Assembly (NCBI GenBank): GCA_045863395.1
Contig: BTVJ01000001.1
Location: 160,001-224,000 of the forward strand
Length of the DNA: 64,000 nt
Source: Myxococcales bacterium
Lineage (GTDB): Bacteria > Myxococcota_A > UBA9042 > JABWCM01 > BTVJ01
Direction: 5' to 3'
Shown: positions 29,111-39,300 of the stretch, in pieces
How positions within the stretch are numbered: position 1 is the stretch's first letter
Layout: each line of letters starts with the position of its first letter
Notes under the pieces: model-generated
Seen by the model: only the letters and a program-made list of their open reading frames with translations
Told to the model about the DNA's origin: nothing
The model's database searches: none
Position numbers and translations under genes: made by a program

Positions 29111-30532
29111 TCAAGGCGAGACCGTGACCAGCGGGCGGAGCTGCTCCATGGTCTTCTCGCCAATGCCCTTCACGCTGCGGAGCTGATCCACAGAGGAGAA
29201 ACGGCCGGCCTGTGCGCGGAACGCGAGGATGGCGCGCGCCTTGGCCGGCCCGATGCCCGGGAGGCTCGTCAGCTCGCTCTCGGTCGCCGTGTTGAGGTCC
29301 ACGAGCCCGCTGGCGCTGGCCTTGGGCGCCTTGGGCGCGGCGCCCTCCGCCGGGCGGGTCTCTGCGCCGGGAGCGGCACCGCCGCCGCCTTGCACGCCGC
29401 CGCCGATGCTCACCATCGGTCGGATCGCCTCCATGGTCTTGGCGCCGATGCCCTTCACCTTGGTCAGATCGTCGACGGAGCGGAAGGGCCCGTTGGCCGC
29501 CCTGTGGGCCACGATGGCCGCGGCCTTGGACTTGCCGATTCCAGGCAGCTTCGTCAGCTCGGACTCCGACGCGGTGTTGATGTCGATGCCCCCACCGTCG
29601 GCGACGGGCGGCGATGGCGTGCCAGCGCCGGAGGCCGGCCTGGCCCCCGGATGGGCGGCGACCAGGGACCAGGACTTGCCGTCGGTCTGGAGCACGACCT
29701 CCCCGTCCGTATCGGTCCGCAACACCGCGATGCCCGCCTTCTCGAGCTTCCGCAAGGTCGGAGGCGCGGGGTGACCATAGCGGTTGCCTGCGCCGACGCT
29801 GATCACGGCGGCCGCAGGATGCACCGCGTCGAGGAACGCTGCGGTCGTGGAGTGCTCGCTGCCGTGGTGCGCGACCTTGAGCACCTCGCACTGGAGCGGG
29901 ACGTCCTGCGTCCCGAGCACGCGGGCCTCGGTCTCCGCCTCCGCGTCGCCGGTCAGCATCACGTCGACGTCACCAGCGCTCAGCTTGATGACGAAGGAGT
30001 TGGCGTTGGGATCGGACCGTGTCCCGGCCAGCAGCGGGTCCTCGGGAGAGAGGAACTGGAGCTCCGCGTGGGCCCCGAGCCGCACCTTGAACCCCCGCCG
30101 CGGCTGACGGTAGCGGACCGCCTTCTTCTCGATGGTCTCCAGCAGGGCCGCGTACATGGCCGTAGTGTGGGCAAAGCCCGGGTCGAGCACGAGCTTCACG
30201 GGGAAGGTCTCGACCAGCACCTTGGCGCCACCGATGTGGTCCGCGTGTGCGTGGGTCAGGATGAGCGCATCCAGCGCGGTGATCCCCAGCGCGCGCATCC
30301 GATCGATCATGGCGCCACGCGCCTCCGGGGGCCCAGCATCGACCATGACGGCCTTGTCGTCGGCCGTGCGGATGAGGAAAGCATCCCCTTGCCCGATGTC
30401 GAGGAAGTGGACCGTAACGGTCGGGCTCTTGACCGTCTCGACGCGCGGCGCGAGCGGCGCGGCAAGCCCGAGCCCGGTCAGCATCAGGGTGGTGGCGGCA
30501 ATCAGGCCCAGGACACGGCTCAGCTTGTGCAT
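29111..30532 (-). CDS. Exported ComEC/Rec2-type metallo-beta-lactamase-fold nuclease fused to two ComEA helix-hairpin-helix domains
   Basis: Signal peptide; DIGQGDA, THAHADHIGG, LTGDAE, KVAHHGS and NRYGHP; two (I/L)NTAxESELxxLPGIG..VKGIGxKT repeats. Confidence 0.88.
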   Translation of the reverse strand: MHKLSRVLGLIAATTLMLTGLGLAAPLAPRVETVKSPTVTVHFLDIGQGDAFLIRTADDKAVMVDAGPPEARGAMIDRMRALGITALDALILTHAHADHIGGAKVLVETFPVKLVLDPGFAHTTAMYAALLETIEKKAVRYRQPRRGFKVRLGAHAELQFLSPEDPLLAGTRSDPNANSFVIKLSAGDVDVMLTGDAEAETEARVLGTQDVPLQCEVLKVAHHGSEHSTTAAFLDAVHPAAAVISVGAGNRYGHPAPPTLRKLEKAGIAVLRTDTDGEVVLQTDGKSWSLVAAHPGARPASGAGTPSPPVADGGGIDINTASESELTKLPGIGKSKAAAIVAHRAANGPFRSVDDLTKVKGIGAKTMEAIRPMVSIGGGVQGGGGAAPGAETRPAEGAAPKAPKASASGLVDLNTATESELTSLPGIGPAKARAILAFRAQAGRFSSVDQLRSVKGIGEKTMEQLRPLVTVSP

Positions 30533-30626
30533 CGGCGCTCTCCGCGTAAATGCGGCATCTGCCAGCGCGGAGTCACCGACGCCAGCGTGAGCCGGTTCGC
30601 GGCCGCCGCTTGGGCCGCGGCCGGCG

Positions 30627-32171
30627 TCAGGGTGCGGAGTCGAGCACGAGCCGCGGAGCCCGCGCACGCAGCTCGGGGTGGCTCGGAAACCGGGCGCTCA
30701 GCTCCCGAAACAGGGTGGTGGCTTCACCGTCGAACCCCTGCTCGATATAGAAGTCGAGTTCACGCAGCTCCTCGCGAAGATCCGCCCCCTCGACCGCCGC
30801 AGCAAGCAGCTCGGCCGACACGCGGGGATCGACCATGGTCGCCTCGTCCTCCGCGGAGCCGATGTCCTGCTCCTGGTCGTCTGCCTCGAAGGGAAGCTCG
30901 TGCGGGCGCGCGTCCGCCTCCAAGGTGGCAGACGAGATCACCTCCGCAGGGTCGGCCCCGGACGACGTGCTGTCCTTGCGGATGATGACGGGCGCTCCAT
31001 GCTCGTCCGCCTCGAAGGGCAGCTCTCCTTCGTCCACTTCGTCGTCGCTCGGTGCTGCTCGACGCGCCTGCGCGGCCAGTGGGCGAACGCCGCTGTCCGG
31101 GGGACGGGGCACCAGGCGAAGTCGCGGCGGAACGAGCGGAGGCGGTGCCGCCGCCGTGTCCTCCTCGAGGCCGAAGCCTGGCTCCTCGTCGGGGTCGATC
31201 TCCTCGACGTCGACCTCCCCGGACGGCTCGTCACCGGGGAGCTCGTCGAACACGATCTCGGTGTTCGTGCCCGCGCCCCTCGTCGCCCGCAGCGCGGCCT
31301 GCGCGTCCCGGTCGTCGGGGTTGAGGTCGAGCACCCGGCCCATCATCTCTTGATACTCGCGGGTCAGCCCGCTCTCCTCGTAGATGTGCGCCAGGTCCTT
31401 GAGCACGGCGATGGCCTTGTGCACCTGCCCGAGCGACTCGAACGCCTCCACGAGCATCTCGAGGACCTCGGTGTCGCGCGGGCGGGCCCGGAAGCAGGTG
31501 TGCAGCCGCGGCAGGGCCCACTGCGGGAGGTCACGCTTCAGGTAGCCCTGGGCGAGCTCCTTGCAGATGTCGAAGTCGTCCCGACGGTGGTAGAGCAGGC
31601 GCTCGCCGACCTTCAGGGCGTCGTCGATCAGGCCGCGCTGCCTCATGGCCGCGAAGACCTGGCGGAACTGGGTCACGGCCTCCTCGATGCGGCCCGCAGC
31701 CGAGTACGCCTCCGCGAGCTTGATCCGGTCCACGAGGTTCTCGGGCTCGAGCTCGAGCATCTTCCGGATGACGTGGAGCTTGTCGAGGGTGCGACCTTGC
31801 TGATCGAGCAGGATCACCGCCTCGTGATACTGGTTGACCGCGTCGGCCAGGCCCAGGTGCTGGTAGGTCTGGGCCAGGAGCAGGTGCACGTCCGGGAGCT
31901 TCGGATCAATCTTGAGGATCTGCTTGTAGACGGCGACCGCCTTCAGTAGGAAGCCCTGCTCCGCGTAGTGCTTGGCAACGGTGACGAACACGTCGCAGGC
32001 CTCGCGGGTGAGCCCTGCGCGCTGGTAGGCCTCGCCCACCTTGAGCTGGGTCCGGATGTCGCCCGGCTCGAGCTTCAGCGCCTTCTCGTACTCCGCGATG
32101 GCCTTCTTGTGCTGGCCCTTCTCGGCGTACCTCTGGGCGGAGGCGATCAGCTTGGACTTGTTGGCAGCCAC
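30627..32171 (-). CDS. TPR-repeat protein (similar in style to myxobacterial SgmX) with an acidic disordered linker
   Basis: N-terminal TPRs (KAIAEYEKALKLEP; GFLLKAVAVYKQILKIDP), acidic middle, C-terminal ELDFYIEQG helix. Confidence 0.7.
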   Translation of the reverse strand: MAANKSKLIASAQRYAEKGQHKKAIAEYEKALKLEPGDIRTQLKVGEAYQRAGLTREACDVFVTVAKHYAEQGFLLKAVAVYKQILKIDPKLPDVHLLLAQTYQHLGLADAVNQYHEAVILLDQQGRTLDKLHVIRKMLELEPENLVDRIKLAEAYSAAGRIEEAVTQFRQVFAAMRQRGLIDDALKVGERLLYHRRDDFDICKELAQGYLKRDLPQWALPRLHTCFRARPRDTEVLEMLVEAFESLGQVHKAIAVLKDLAHIYEESGLTREYQEMMGRVLDLNPDDRDAQAALRATRGAGTNTEIVFDELPGDEPSGEVDVEEIDPDEEPGFGLEEDTAAAPPPLVPPRLRLVPRPPDSGVRPLAAQARRAAPSDDEVDEGELPFEADEHGAPVIIRKDSTSSGADPAEVISSATLEADARPHELPFEADDQEQDIGSAEDEATMVDPRVSAELLAAAVEGADLREELRELDFYIEQGFDGEATTLFRELSARFPSHPELRARAPRLVLDSAP

Positions 32172-32339
32172 AGTGCCCTCGTCCGTCCTTTGTGCGAGCG
32201 GCGCAGCGCGCCAAGGCAACACAGGCTACACCGTGAACCCGGATCGGGCAATGCGTCCGCGCTACCAGAGCCTCTGCGCGGGCACAGTCGCGACGCATCC
32301 GTCGCCCTGGGAGCGGTCGCCCGGCCGGCGCGCCTGCCG

Positions 32340-32903
32340 CTAGCGGTTGACCTTCTCCACGTAGGCCCCATCGCGGGTGTCGACCTTGATGGTGTCGCCC
32401 TCGTTGATGAAGAGTGGCACGTTGAGCTGATAGCCCGTCTCCAAGGTCACGGGCTTGGTCGCGCCCGACGAGGTGTCGCCCTTCACGCCCGGCTCCGCGA
32501 AGGTGACCTTCAGCTCCATGAACGTCGGCATCTCGATGTTCAGGGGGCGGCCATTGTGGAAGAGCACGGAGCACGTCGTGTTCTCCTTCAGGAAGTTGAC
32601 GACGTCGCCGAGCACGTCGCGCTCGATCACGAACTGCTCGTAGTTCTCCGTGTTCATGAAGGTGAAGTGATCGCCCTCCACATAGAGGTACTGGGCGTCG
32701 TGCTCTTCCAGGTCGGGCTTGTCCACCTTCTCGCCCGACTTGAGGGTCTTCTCCAGCACCCGCCCCGACACGAGGCTCTTGATGCGGGTCCGGGTGAACT
32801 GGTTCCCCTTGCCCGGCTTGACGTGCTGGAAGTCCGTGATGATGAAGGGCTCACCGTCCATCTCGATCTTGAGGCCCTTCCTGAAATCGCTCGTGTTGTA
32901 CAT
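32340..32903 (-). CDS. efp: Elongation factor P
   Basis: FQHVKPGKG, PGVKGDT, KPVTLETG and VPLFINEGD. Confidence 0.97.
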   Translation of the reverse strand: MYNTSDFRKGLKIEMDGEPFIITDFQHVKPGKGNQFTRTRIKSLVSGRVLEKTLKSGEKVDKPDLEEHDAQYLYVEGDHFTFMNTENYEQFVIERDVLGDVVNFLKENTTCSVLFHNGRPLNIEMPTFMELKVTFAEPGVKGDTSSGATKPVTLETGYQLNVPLFINEGDTIKVDTRDGAYVEKVNR

Positions 32904-32983
32904 GGTGTCTCCGTGGTCGATGCCGAGCCCCAATCGTCGCGGGGCGGTTGTTCTCAGTCGGTTTCAGCCTTCGTCAGTCGTTC

Positions 32984-33439
32984 TCAGCCGCTCTCGGGTG
33001 TCACGACGTCGCGGAGGTGCTCCAACAGCCCCTCCAACGCAATACAGTAGCCGTGGGCACCGAAGCCCATGACACGCCCGACGACCATGTCGGCGAGCAG
33101 CGATTGGTGGCGGAAGAGTTCACGCGCGTACACGTTGGTCAGGTGAACCTCGACCGCCGGGAGGGCCGCCGCGAGCAATGCGTCGCGGATGGCCACGCTG
33201 GTGTGAGTATAGCCGGCGGGGTTGATCAACACGCCGTCGAAGCTCCCAGGTGCCTGCTGGATCCAGTCGACGAGGACTCCCTCGTGGTTGCTCTGACGGC
33301 AGTCGACGACCGCCCCGCTTGCCACCGCCCGGGTGGCCAGGCGGTCGTCGATCTCGGAGAGGGTCACACGCCCGTACCGCTGCGGCTCCCGCTGCCCGAG
33401 CAGGTTCAGGTTGGGTCCGTGCAACACCAGCACCCTCAA
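32984..33439 (-). CDS. aroQ: Type II 3-dehydroquinate dehydratase
   Basis: [29 protein letters not shown] and EVHLTN. Confidence 0.96.
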   Translation of the reverse strand: MRVLVLHGPNLNLLGQREPQRYGRVTLSEIDDRLATRAVASGAVVDCRQSNHEGVLVDWIQQAPGSFDGVLINPAGYTHTSVAIRDALLAAALPAVEVHLTNVYARELFRHQSLLADMVVGRVMGFGAHGYCIALEGLLEHLRDVVTPESG

Positions 33440-33711
33440 GACGCCCTCTCCACCAGGCTGTGGACGACCTGCCTCCGCCGAACGACCCGGTCGAGCAGCG
33501 CCCGCAGCAGCGCCACCCTCGACCTCCCACCAGCATCCCCTCGCGTCGAGGCGGCGCCGCCGTCGAGCAGGCCGCGGGCCGCCGCGAGACGCTCCCTCAG
33601 CTCGGCCCGCTCGGGCGAGCGCTGGACCAGCGCCTCGAGCACCCGCACCGCCTCAGCGTAGTGCCCCTGACGGATGTACAGGTCAGCGAGAGTCGCGGTC
33701 ACAAGCGGCAC
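33436..33711 (-). CDS. Small single-TPR protein
   Basis: [21 protein letters not shown] motif; stop overlaps the aroQ TTG start. Confidence 0.65.
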   Translation of the reverse strand: MPLVTATLADLYIRQGHYAEAVRVLEALVQRSPERAELRERLAAARGLLDGGAASTRGDAGGRSRVALLRALLDRVVRRRQVVHSLVERAS

Positions 33712-33830
33712 GAATCCGCCTCCCGAGCGCAGGGCAGGGGCGATCTCTATCGGAAATCGCGATGGGGGTCAATCGGAGGGCCGCGCACCTCGCGCTGGAT
33801 CAAGGCAGCGCCGCGGGCCAGTGCCGGCGA

Positions 33831-34646
33831 CTACTTCTTGACGGGCGGGAGGCAGAGGGCCGCCTCCTTCTTGCTGACGGCGAGCTGGTAGCAGGCACGG
33901 CAGTCCACCCCTTCATCCTGCCCGGGGAAGCAGGGCAGCGTCACCTCCTCGGTGGGCGGCAGGGTGCAGTCGAGCACGGGGAAGAACACGAGGCACCCAT
34001 TGCAGACGTTCAGCGGGTAGACGAACTCGTTGGAGTTGACGGTGTCCCCATCCTTCATGACCGCCTCGACGGTCACCCGCACCAGGATCTGGGTCGTGGC
34101 ATAGCGCTCCGACAGGATCTTCGACAGGCGCAGCGTCTCGCCGACCCTCGGTGGAACCACCTCGAGGACCGCTACGGTGGTCGACCCTGGCTCGATGCTC
34201 CCCGACGTGAACACGAACTGGCCCTGGGGCACCTCGACTCCCTGGTTCTCTGCGAGATCCGCCTGGATGTCCTCCGGGATGTCGTAGTAGACGGTGGCCC
34301 CCGTGATCTGGACCGTGTTGTTCTCCAGACGCAGGGTCGAAGGTCCCTGGCCCGAGATCTCCGCGCTCGTCGGCATGCCGTTCTCCACGGAGGGGAACAG
34401 CAGGTAGCGGTTCGTGATGCCGATGTCCATCCACCCGATGGGGCGGGTGATCTGACCGCCGGCGCGCGCCACGCACGACGAGGCCCGATCCACCGCCTGG
34501 TTGAACTGGACGAAGAGCGCCTGCGGGCTCCGGTCGGTGCAGCCCGCGACCCCCACGAGCGCAACCGCGAGGGCGGCGGCCCGCGCCCGGAGTGTCCCTG
34601 CGCTGCCCGCCCTGCTCGATGTGTCCCTGCTCTGCCCGTTCACCAT
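33831..34646 (-). CDS. Putative lipoprotein of unknown function
   Basis: Lipobox VAGC; beta-rich body; C-terminal CNGC..C..PCFPGQD..DCRAC. Confidence 0.7.
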   Translation of the reverse strand: MVNGQSRDTSSRAGSAGTLRARAAALAVALVGVAGCTDRSPQALFVQFNQAVDRASSCVARAGGQITRPIGWMDIGITNRYLLFPSVENGMPTSAEISGQGPSTLRLENNTVQITGATVYYDIPEDIQADLAENQGVEVPQGQFVFTSGSIEPGSTTVAVLEVVPPRVGETLRLSKILSERYATTQILVRVTVEAVMKDGDTVNSNEFVYPLNVCNGCLVFFPVLDCTLPPTEEVTLPCFPGQDEGVDCRACYQLAVSKKEAALCLPPVKK

Positions 34647-34679
34647 GTTCCCTCTCACGTGCGGACCTGGTTCCTCGCA

Positions 34680-35765
34680 CTATCCCAAGAAGGCCTCACC
34701 AGCGAGCCGGAGCAGGCTGGCCATCGACAGGCTCACCGTCTCCACCTTCCCGATGGCACGCACGGCGACGAACCGGATGTCGCTGCCGCGCGCCTTCTTG
34801 TCGTGGCGCATCGCCGACGCCCAGGGGGCGTCCCTGTAGGGGGCCGGATCCGTCAGGAGCCGGCAGCCCTCCAACGCATCGGTGATCGCGTCCTCGACCT
34901 CCGGCCCGCACATCCCGAGCCGCCTCGACACCCTGGCTGCCACCACCATCCCGAGGCCGACGGCCTCGCCGTGGTTGAGCTCCGTGTACCCCGTCGCGGC
35001 CTCGATGCCGTGCCCGACGGTGTGGCCGAAGTTCAGGACCTCGCGGACGCCCGCCTCCGTCTCGTCTGCGGCCACGATGCCCGCCTTGACCCGACAGCAG
35101 AGGGTCACGATGGGCTCGATGACGTCCGGGCACCTGTCGAGGATCGCCGCCTCGTCCCGGCTGATGGACTCCAGCAGGGAGGGCTCCGCGATCACCCCGT
35201 ACTTTATCACCTCGGCCAGCCCGCAGCTAAGATCGCGGTCCGCCAGGCTACGCAGGGCGCCGAGGGGCACATGGACCAGCGACGGCTGGTGGAAGGTGCC
35301 TATCTGGTTCTTGCCAGCCTCGTGGTTGACGCCGGTCTTCCCACCGACGCTGCTGTCCACCATGGCGAGCAGCGACGTCGGCACCATCACCAGGGGCACG
35401 CCCCGCAGGTAGATGCTCGCTACGAAGCCGGCGAGATCTCCCACCACGCCACCGCCCAGGGCCACCACCGGGCGCCTGCGCCCGTGGCCCGTGTCGATGA
35501 GCCAGCCGATCAGCTCCTCCGCCTGCGCCATCGACTTCGAGCGCTCTCCAGGCGCGATCACCCGGAGGCGCGGCGACATGCCCAGCTCCCGCAGGCACCT
35601 GGTGAGGGGCTCCGCATAGAGGGGAGCCACCGTGCCGTCCGAGATCACCGCCACCGCACCCTCGGCGAAGCGGTCTGCGATGGCCTTTGCGGCCCTCCAC
35701 GGCCGGCCCCGCTCGATGCGGACTGGGTAGCTCCGCTCCCCAAGGGAGACCTGGACGATCTTCAT
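34680..35765 (-). CDS. aroB: 3-dehydroquinate synthase
   Basis: ALGGGVVGDLAGF, DSSVGGKTG, KNQIGTFHQP, LNFGHTVGH and HGEAV. Confidence 0.96.
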   Translation of the reverse strand: MKIVQVSLGERSYPVRIERGRPWRAAKAIADRFAEGAVAVISDGTVAPLYAEPLTRCLRELGMSPRLRVIAPGERSKSMAQAEELIGWLIDTGHGRRRPVVALGGGVVGDLAGFVASIYLRGVPLVMVPTSLLAMVDSSVGGKTGVNHEAGKNQIGTFHQPSLVHVPLGALRSLADRDLSCGLAEVIKYGVIAEPSLLESISRDEAAILDRCPDVIEPIVTLCCRVKAGIVAADETEAGVREVLNFGHTVGHGIEAATGYTELNHGEAVGLGMVVAARVSRRLGMCGPEVEDAITDALEGCRLLTDPAPYRDAPWASAMRHDKKARGSDIRFVAVRAIGKVETVSLSMASLLRLAGEAFLG

Positions 35766-36295
35766 CGGGCCTCCTCCGCGCCACGGCCCATGCGACGGGC
35801 GACCGTCCGGGCCACCTGGTCCGGTGACCGGTCGCCCGCCTCGACACGCACGTGGGCGCGGGAATACCAGGTCCTCCGGCGCTCGCTCAGCTCCATGAGC
35901 ACGAACTCGGGATCTGCCGCAGCGTCGAGGAGCGGCCGACCAGCGGTGTCCCCGATGCGACGGCGGAGCTCCTGCGCAGGCGCGTCCAACCATACGACCA
36001 GCGTCCCTGGCCCCACGAGGCTCCAGGCGACCTCGCTGCACAGTGTGCCTCCACCAGTGGCGACGACGACGCGGACCTGCTTGGACACCTCGCGGAGCGC
36101 CGCCTGCTCACGGCGCCGAAAGCCCTCCTCGCCCTCGGCGGCGAAGATGGCCGGGATGTCGCAACCCGCGGCCTGCGCGACCAGAGCGTCCGTGTCGAGC
36201 GGCACCCACCCGAGCCGCGCAGCGAGGAGCCCTGCGACCGTCGTCTTGCCCACCCCCATCGGCCCGATGAGCAGCACCCGCTCTGCTTGCTCCAT
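35762..36295 (-). CDS. aroK: Shikimate kinase
   Basis: GPMGVGKTT, DTD, GEEGFRRRE, ATGGG and RPLL. Confidence 0.94.
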   Translation of the reverse strand: MEQAERVLLIGPMGVGKTTVAGLLAARLGWVPLDTDALVAQAAGCDIPAIFAAEGEEGFRRREQAALREVSKQVRVVVATGGGTLCSEVAWSLVGPGTLVVWLDAPAQELRRRIGDTAGRPLLDAAADPEFVLMELSERRRTWYSRAHVRVEAGDRSPDQVARTVARRMGRGAEEAR

Positions 36296-36339
36296 GTCAG
36301 AGAGCCTCGCGGAGTCGGCTGACCGCCCCGCCCCGACGC

Positions 36340-39300
36340 TCACGGCGCCGCCACCGACGCCTGCCGGTTGATGATGCGCGGTGTCAGGAAGATCAGCAGC
36401 TCGCTCCGCTGGTCGGTCTCGCTGCGGGTCTTGAACAACCAACCCAGGATGGGGATGTCTCCAAGCAACGGCACCTTGCTGTAGTTGGTGCCTTGGTTAC
36501 GCGTATAGATTCCCCCGATGACCGTGGTGTCGCCGTCCCGGAGCAGGAGCTCCGTGTGAGCCTCCTTCTTCTGGATGGTCGGGTTGCCGTTGGCACCGGT
36601 CCGACCGAAGTCCGGCTCGTTCTTGGAGATGTCGATCTTCATCGCGATGGTGCCGTCCTGGGTGACGTGTGGCGTCACCTCCAATTTGAGCTCCGCGTTG
36701 AAGAACTGGGTGTTGACGCCCTGAGCCGACACGACGCTGATCGGGATGGACACGCCCTGACGGATGGTGGCCGCGGCGTTGTCGAGGGTCGAGATCTTCG
36801 GACTCGACACGATCTTGACGAAGCCCTCCTCCTCCGCCGCGGACAGCCGCAGGTTGATGTTCGCCGACTGGCTCAGATTGCCGAGGGTGAAGCCGATGGC
36901 GCCGCCTGAGCCTTGGCCTGCGGGAGCGGGCAGGTTGACCGCGAAGCCTGGCTGGTTCGTGTAGAGGCCGTCCGTCAGCGCCTGGCGGCCCGTGGCGCCG
37001 CCCGAGATGCCGACGATGCTCGGGAAGGAGAGGCCCGTCTCGTTGCCAAAGGCTGGCGACATGGCGAAGTTGCCGCCCCACTGGATGCCGACGTCCCGCG
37101 TGAAGCTCGACGACGCCTCGACGATGCGGGCCTCGATGAGCACCTGCGGCGTCTGGGTATCCAGCCGCCGGACCAGGTCCTCGGCAGCGATGATGTGGTC
37201 CTCGATGTCCTTGATGATCAGGGTGTTGGTGCGGTCATCGGTGCTGACGGAGCCCTTGGGACTCCGGATCTTGTCCACCTGCTCCGCAAGCGCGCTCGCC
37301 TTGCCGTAGTTGACGGGAATCAGGCGTACGTAGAGGGGCTTCAGGTCCACCTTCTTCTTGCGCTTCTCGATCTCGTCGTCGATCTCCTTCTTGATGGTGT
37401 CGATGGGCGCCACCCGGTAGATGCCCTCCTCCTTGACGTAATCGAGGCCCTTGGTGCGCAGGATCATGTCGAGCGCCAGGTCCCAGGGGATGTCCTCCAG
37501 GTGGAAGGTCACGCGGCCGCTGACATCCTCGCCGGCGATGATGTTCACCCTGCCCTCCTTGGCCAGGAAGGTGAGCACATGCTGGATGTCGGCGTCCTTG
37601 ATGGTCAGGTTGATGCGCTTGCCCGTGTAACGCTTCTTCTTCTTGCGCTTGTCGAAGGTCGGATTGATCGGCGTGTACGAGACGTCCGCAGCCGGAGCGG
37701 CCGCCGCCTGGCTGACCACGTTCGGGTAGTACCGCACCCCCGAGGTGGGCGGCGCGGGTGGCGGGACCGAGGCCGGAGAACGCGTCCCCGCGACCGGCGG
37801 GGGCGTCACCGCCGTTGAGCGATCGAACTCCCAGACCAGCGTGTCCTTCTCGCGCCGCAGGCGGTTCGAGACAGGGTTGCGCAGGTTGACCACGACGCGC
37901 ACGGCCCCCTGCTCCGACGGCTCCGTGGACTCGAAGGAGCTGACCATGGTGACCGACCCGTGGAAGTCCGAGACGTCAAGGCTCCGGCGCAGCTCCGAGG
38001 GCAGCGCCACATCACGGAGCAGGAGCACCGCCTGGCTACCGCTCTGGTCGATGACCTCGTACCGGGTGTCCGGCGTGACACCAATCTCTACCTGGGACCG
38101 CCCCGCGTCCTCGCGGAAGTCGATGCGGGCCACCGGGACCGTCGCCGCGCTCACCCTGGCGCCGGCCTGCGAGCGCGCTGCTGCGAGCATCCGGTCTGCC
38201 TCGGCTCGGGCCAGGCGGGCCGCCTCTGCATCCCTCTCGGCCTGGTCGCGCGCCGCCCGAGCTGCCGCCGTGTCGAGACCGGCCAGGCGCGCTGCCTCGT
38301 GGCGCGCCGCCCGCGCAGCCTCCGCCTCGCGGGCGGCCTGCTCACGCGCCATGCGCGCGGCCTCCGACTCCCGCCCGGCGACACGGGCAGCCTCCTCGCG
38401 CGCGGCGCGAGCCGCCTCCGCGTCCCGCTCCGCTTGCTCGCGGGCCACGCGCGCCGCCGCGGTGTCGAGCTCTGCCTGCCTGGCAGCGGTCACCTTCGCG
38501 GTGCGCGCCGCCTCCGCGTCGCGCTCCGCCTGCTCTCGCGCGTGCCGCGCCGCCTCCGTGTCCTGGCCGGCAAGCCGCGCCGCCTCCTCGCGCGCCTGAC
38601 GCGCCGCCTCCGCGTCCCGCTCCGCCTGCTCCCGCGCCTGCCGCGCCGCCTCCGTGTCCTTGCCGGCAAGCCGCGCCGCCTCCTCGCGCGCCAGCCGCGC
38701 CGCCTCCGCGTCCCGCTCCGCCTGCTCCCGCGCCTGCCGCGCCGCCTCCATCTCCGCCGCGGCCTTCCGCGACGCGGCCTCCTGCTCCGCGCGCGCCTCC
38801 TGTGCCTTCCGGAGCGCCTCCTCCTGTGCCGCGCGCATCTTTCCGATCTTCGTGTCGGACGCGCCAAGGGCCGCCTCGGACGCGTCGATGCGTGCGCGCA
38901 GACGCGAGATCTCCTCCTGGTAGGAGCGCTCGACCGACGCCCGATCTCCGCGCTGGGCCTCCGCCAACGACAGGCGCTGCTCCAGGTCGGCCAGCCGGGC
39001 GGCGACCGCCTTCTCCGCCGCGCGGGCCCGCTCCTCGCCCGCCTGCCGCTCGTCGCGGAGCTGCCGCTCGAGGTCCTTGACGGCGGGCCCGGCCGCCCCA
39101 GCACGGGCCTTCTCCTGCGCGAGCCTCGCCTCCAGCGCCGCGACCTTGGCGGCCAGCGCCCGTGAGTCGCTCAGCGCGTCCTTGCGCGCCTGGTCCTCGA
39201 TGCGAGCGCGCTCCGCATCGAGCTTCGCCAGCTTCGACGCCTGCTCACCGAGGGAACTCTCCAGCTCGACGATGCGCGCGTCCCGGGCCTTGACCGCCGC

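Noticed and set aside
33333..36371. 1012-aa plus-strand ORF
   Set aside because: Antisense to aroK, aroB and the lipoprotein gene; Arg/Pro/Gly-rich with no domain signature
38173..38748. Regularly spaced repeats as a possible CRISPR array
   Set aside because: In-frame 96-bp coding tandem units with no unique spacers and no cas genes
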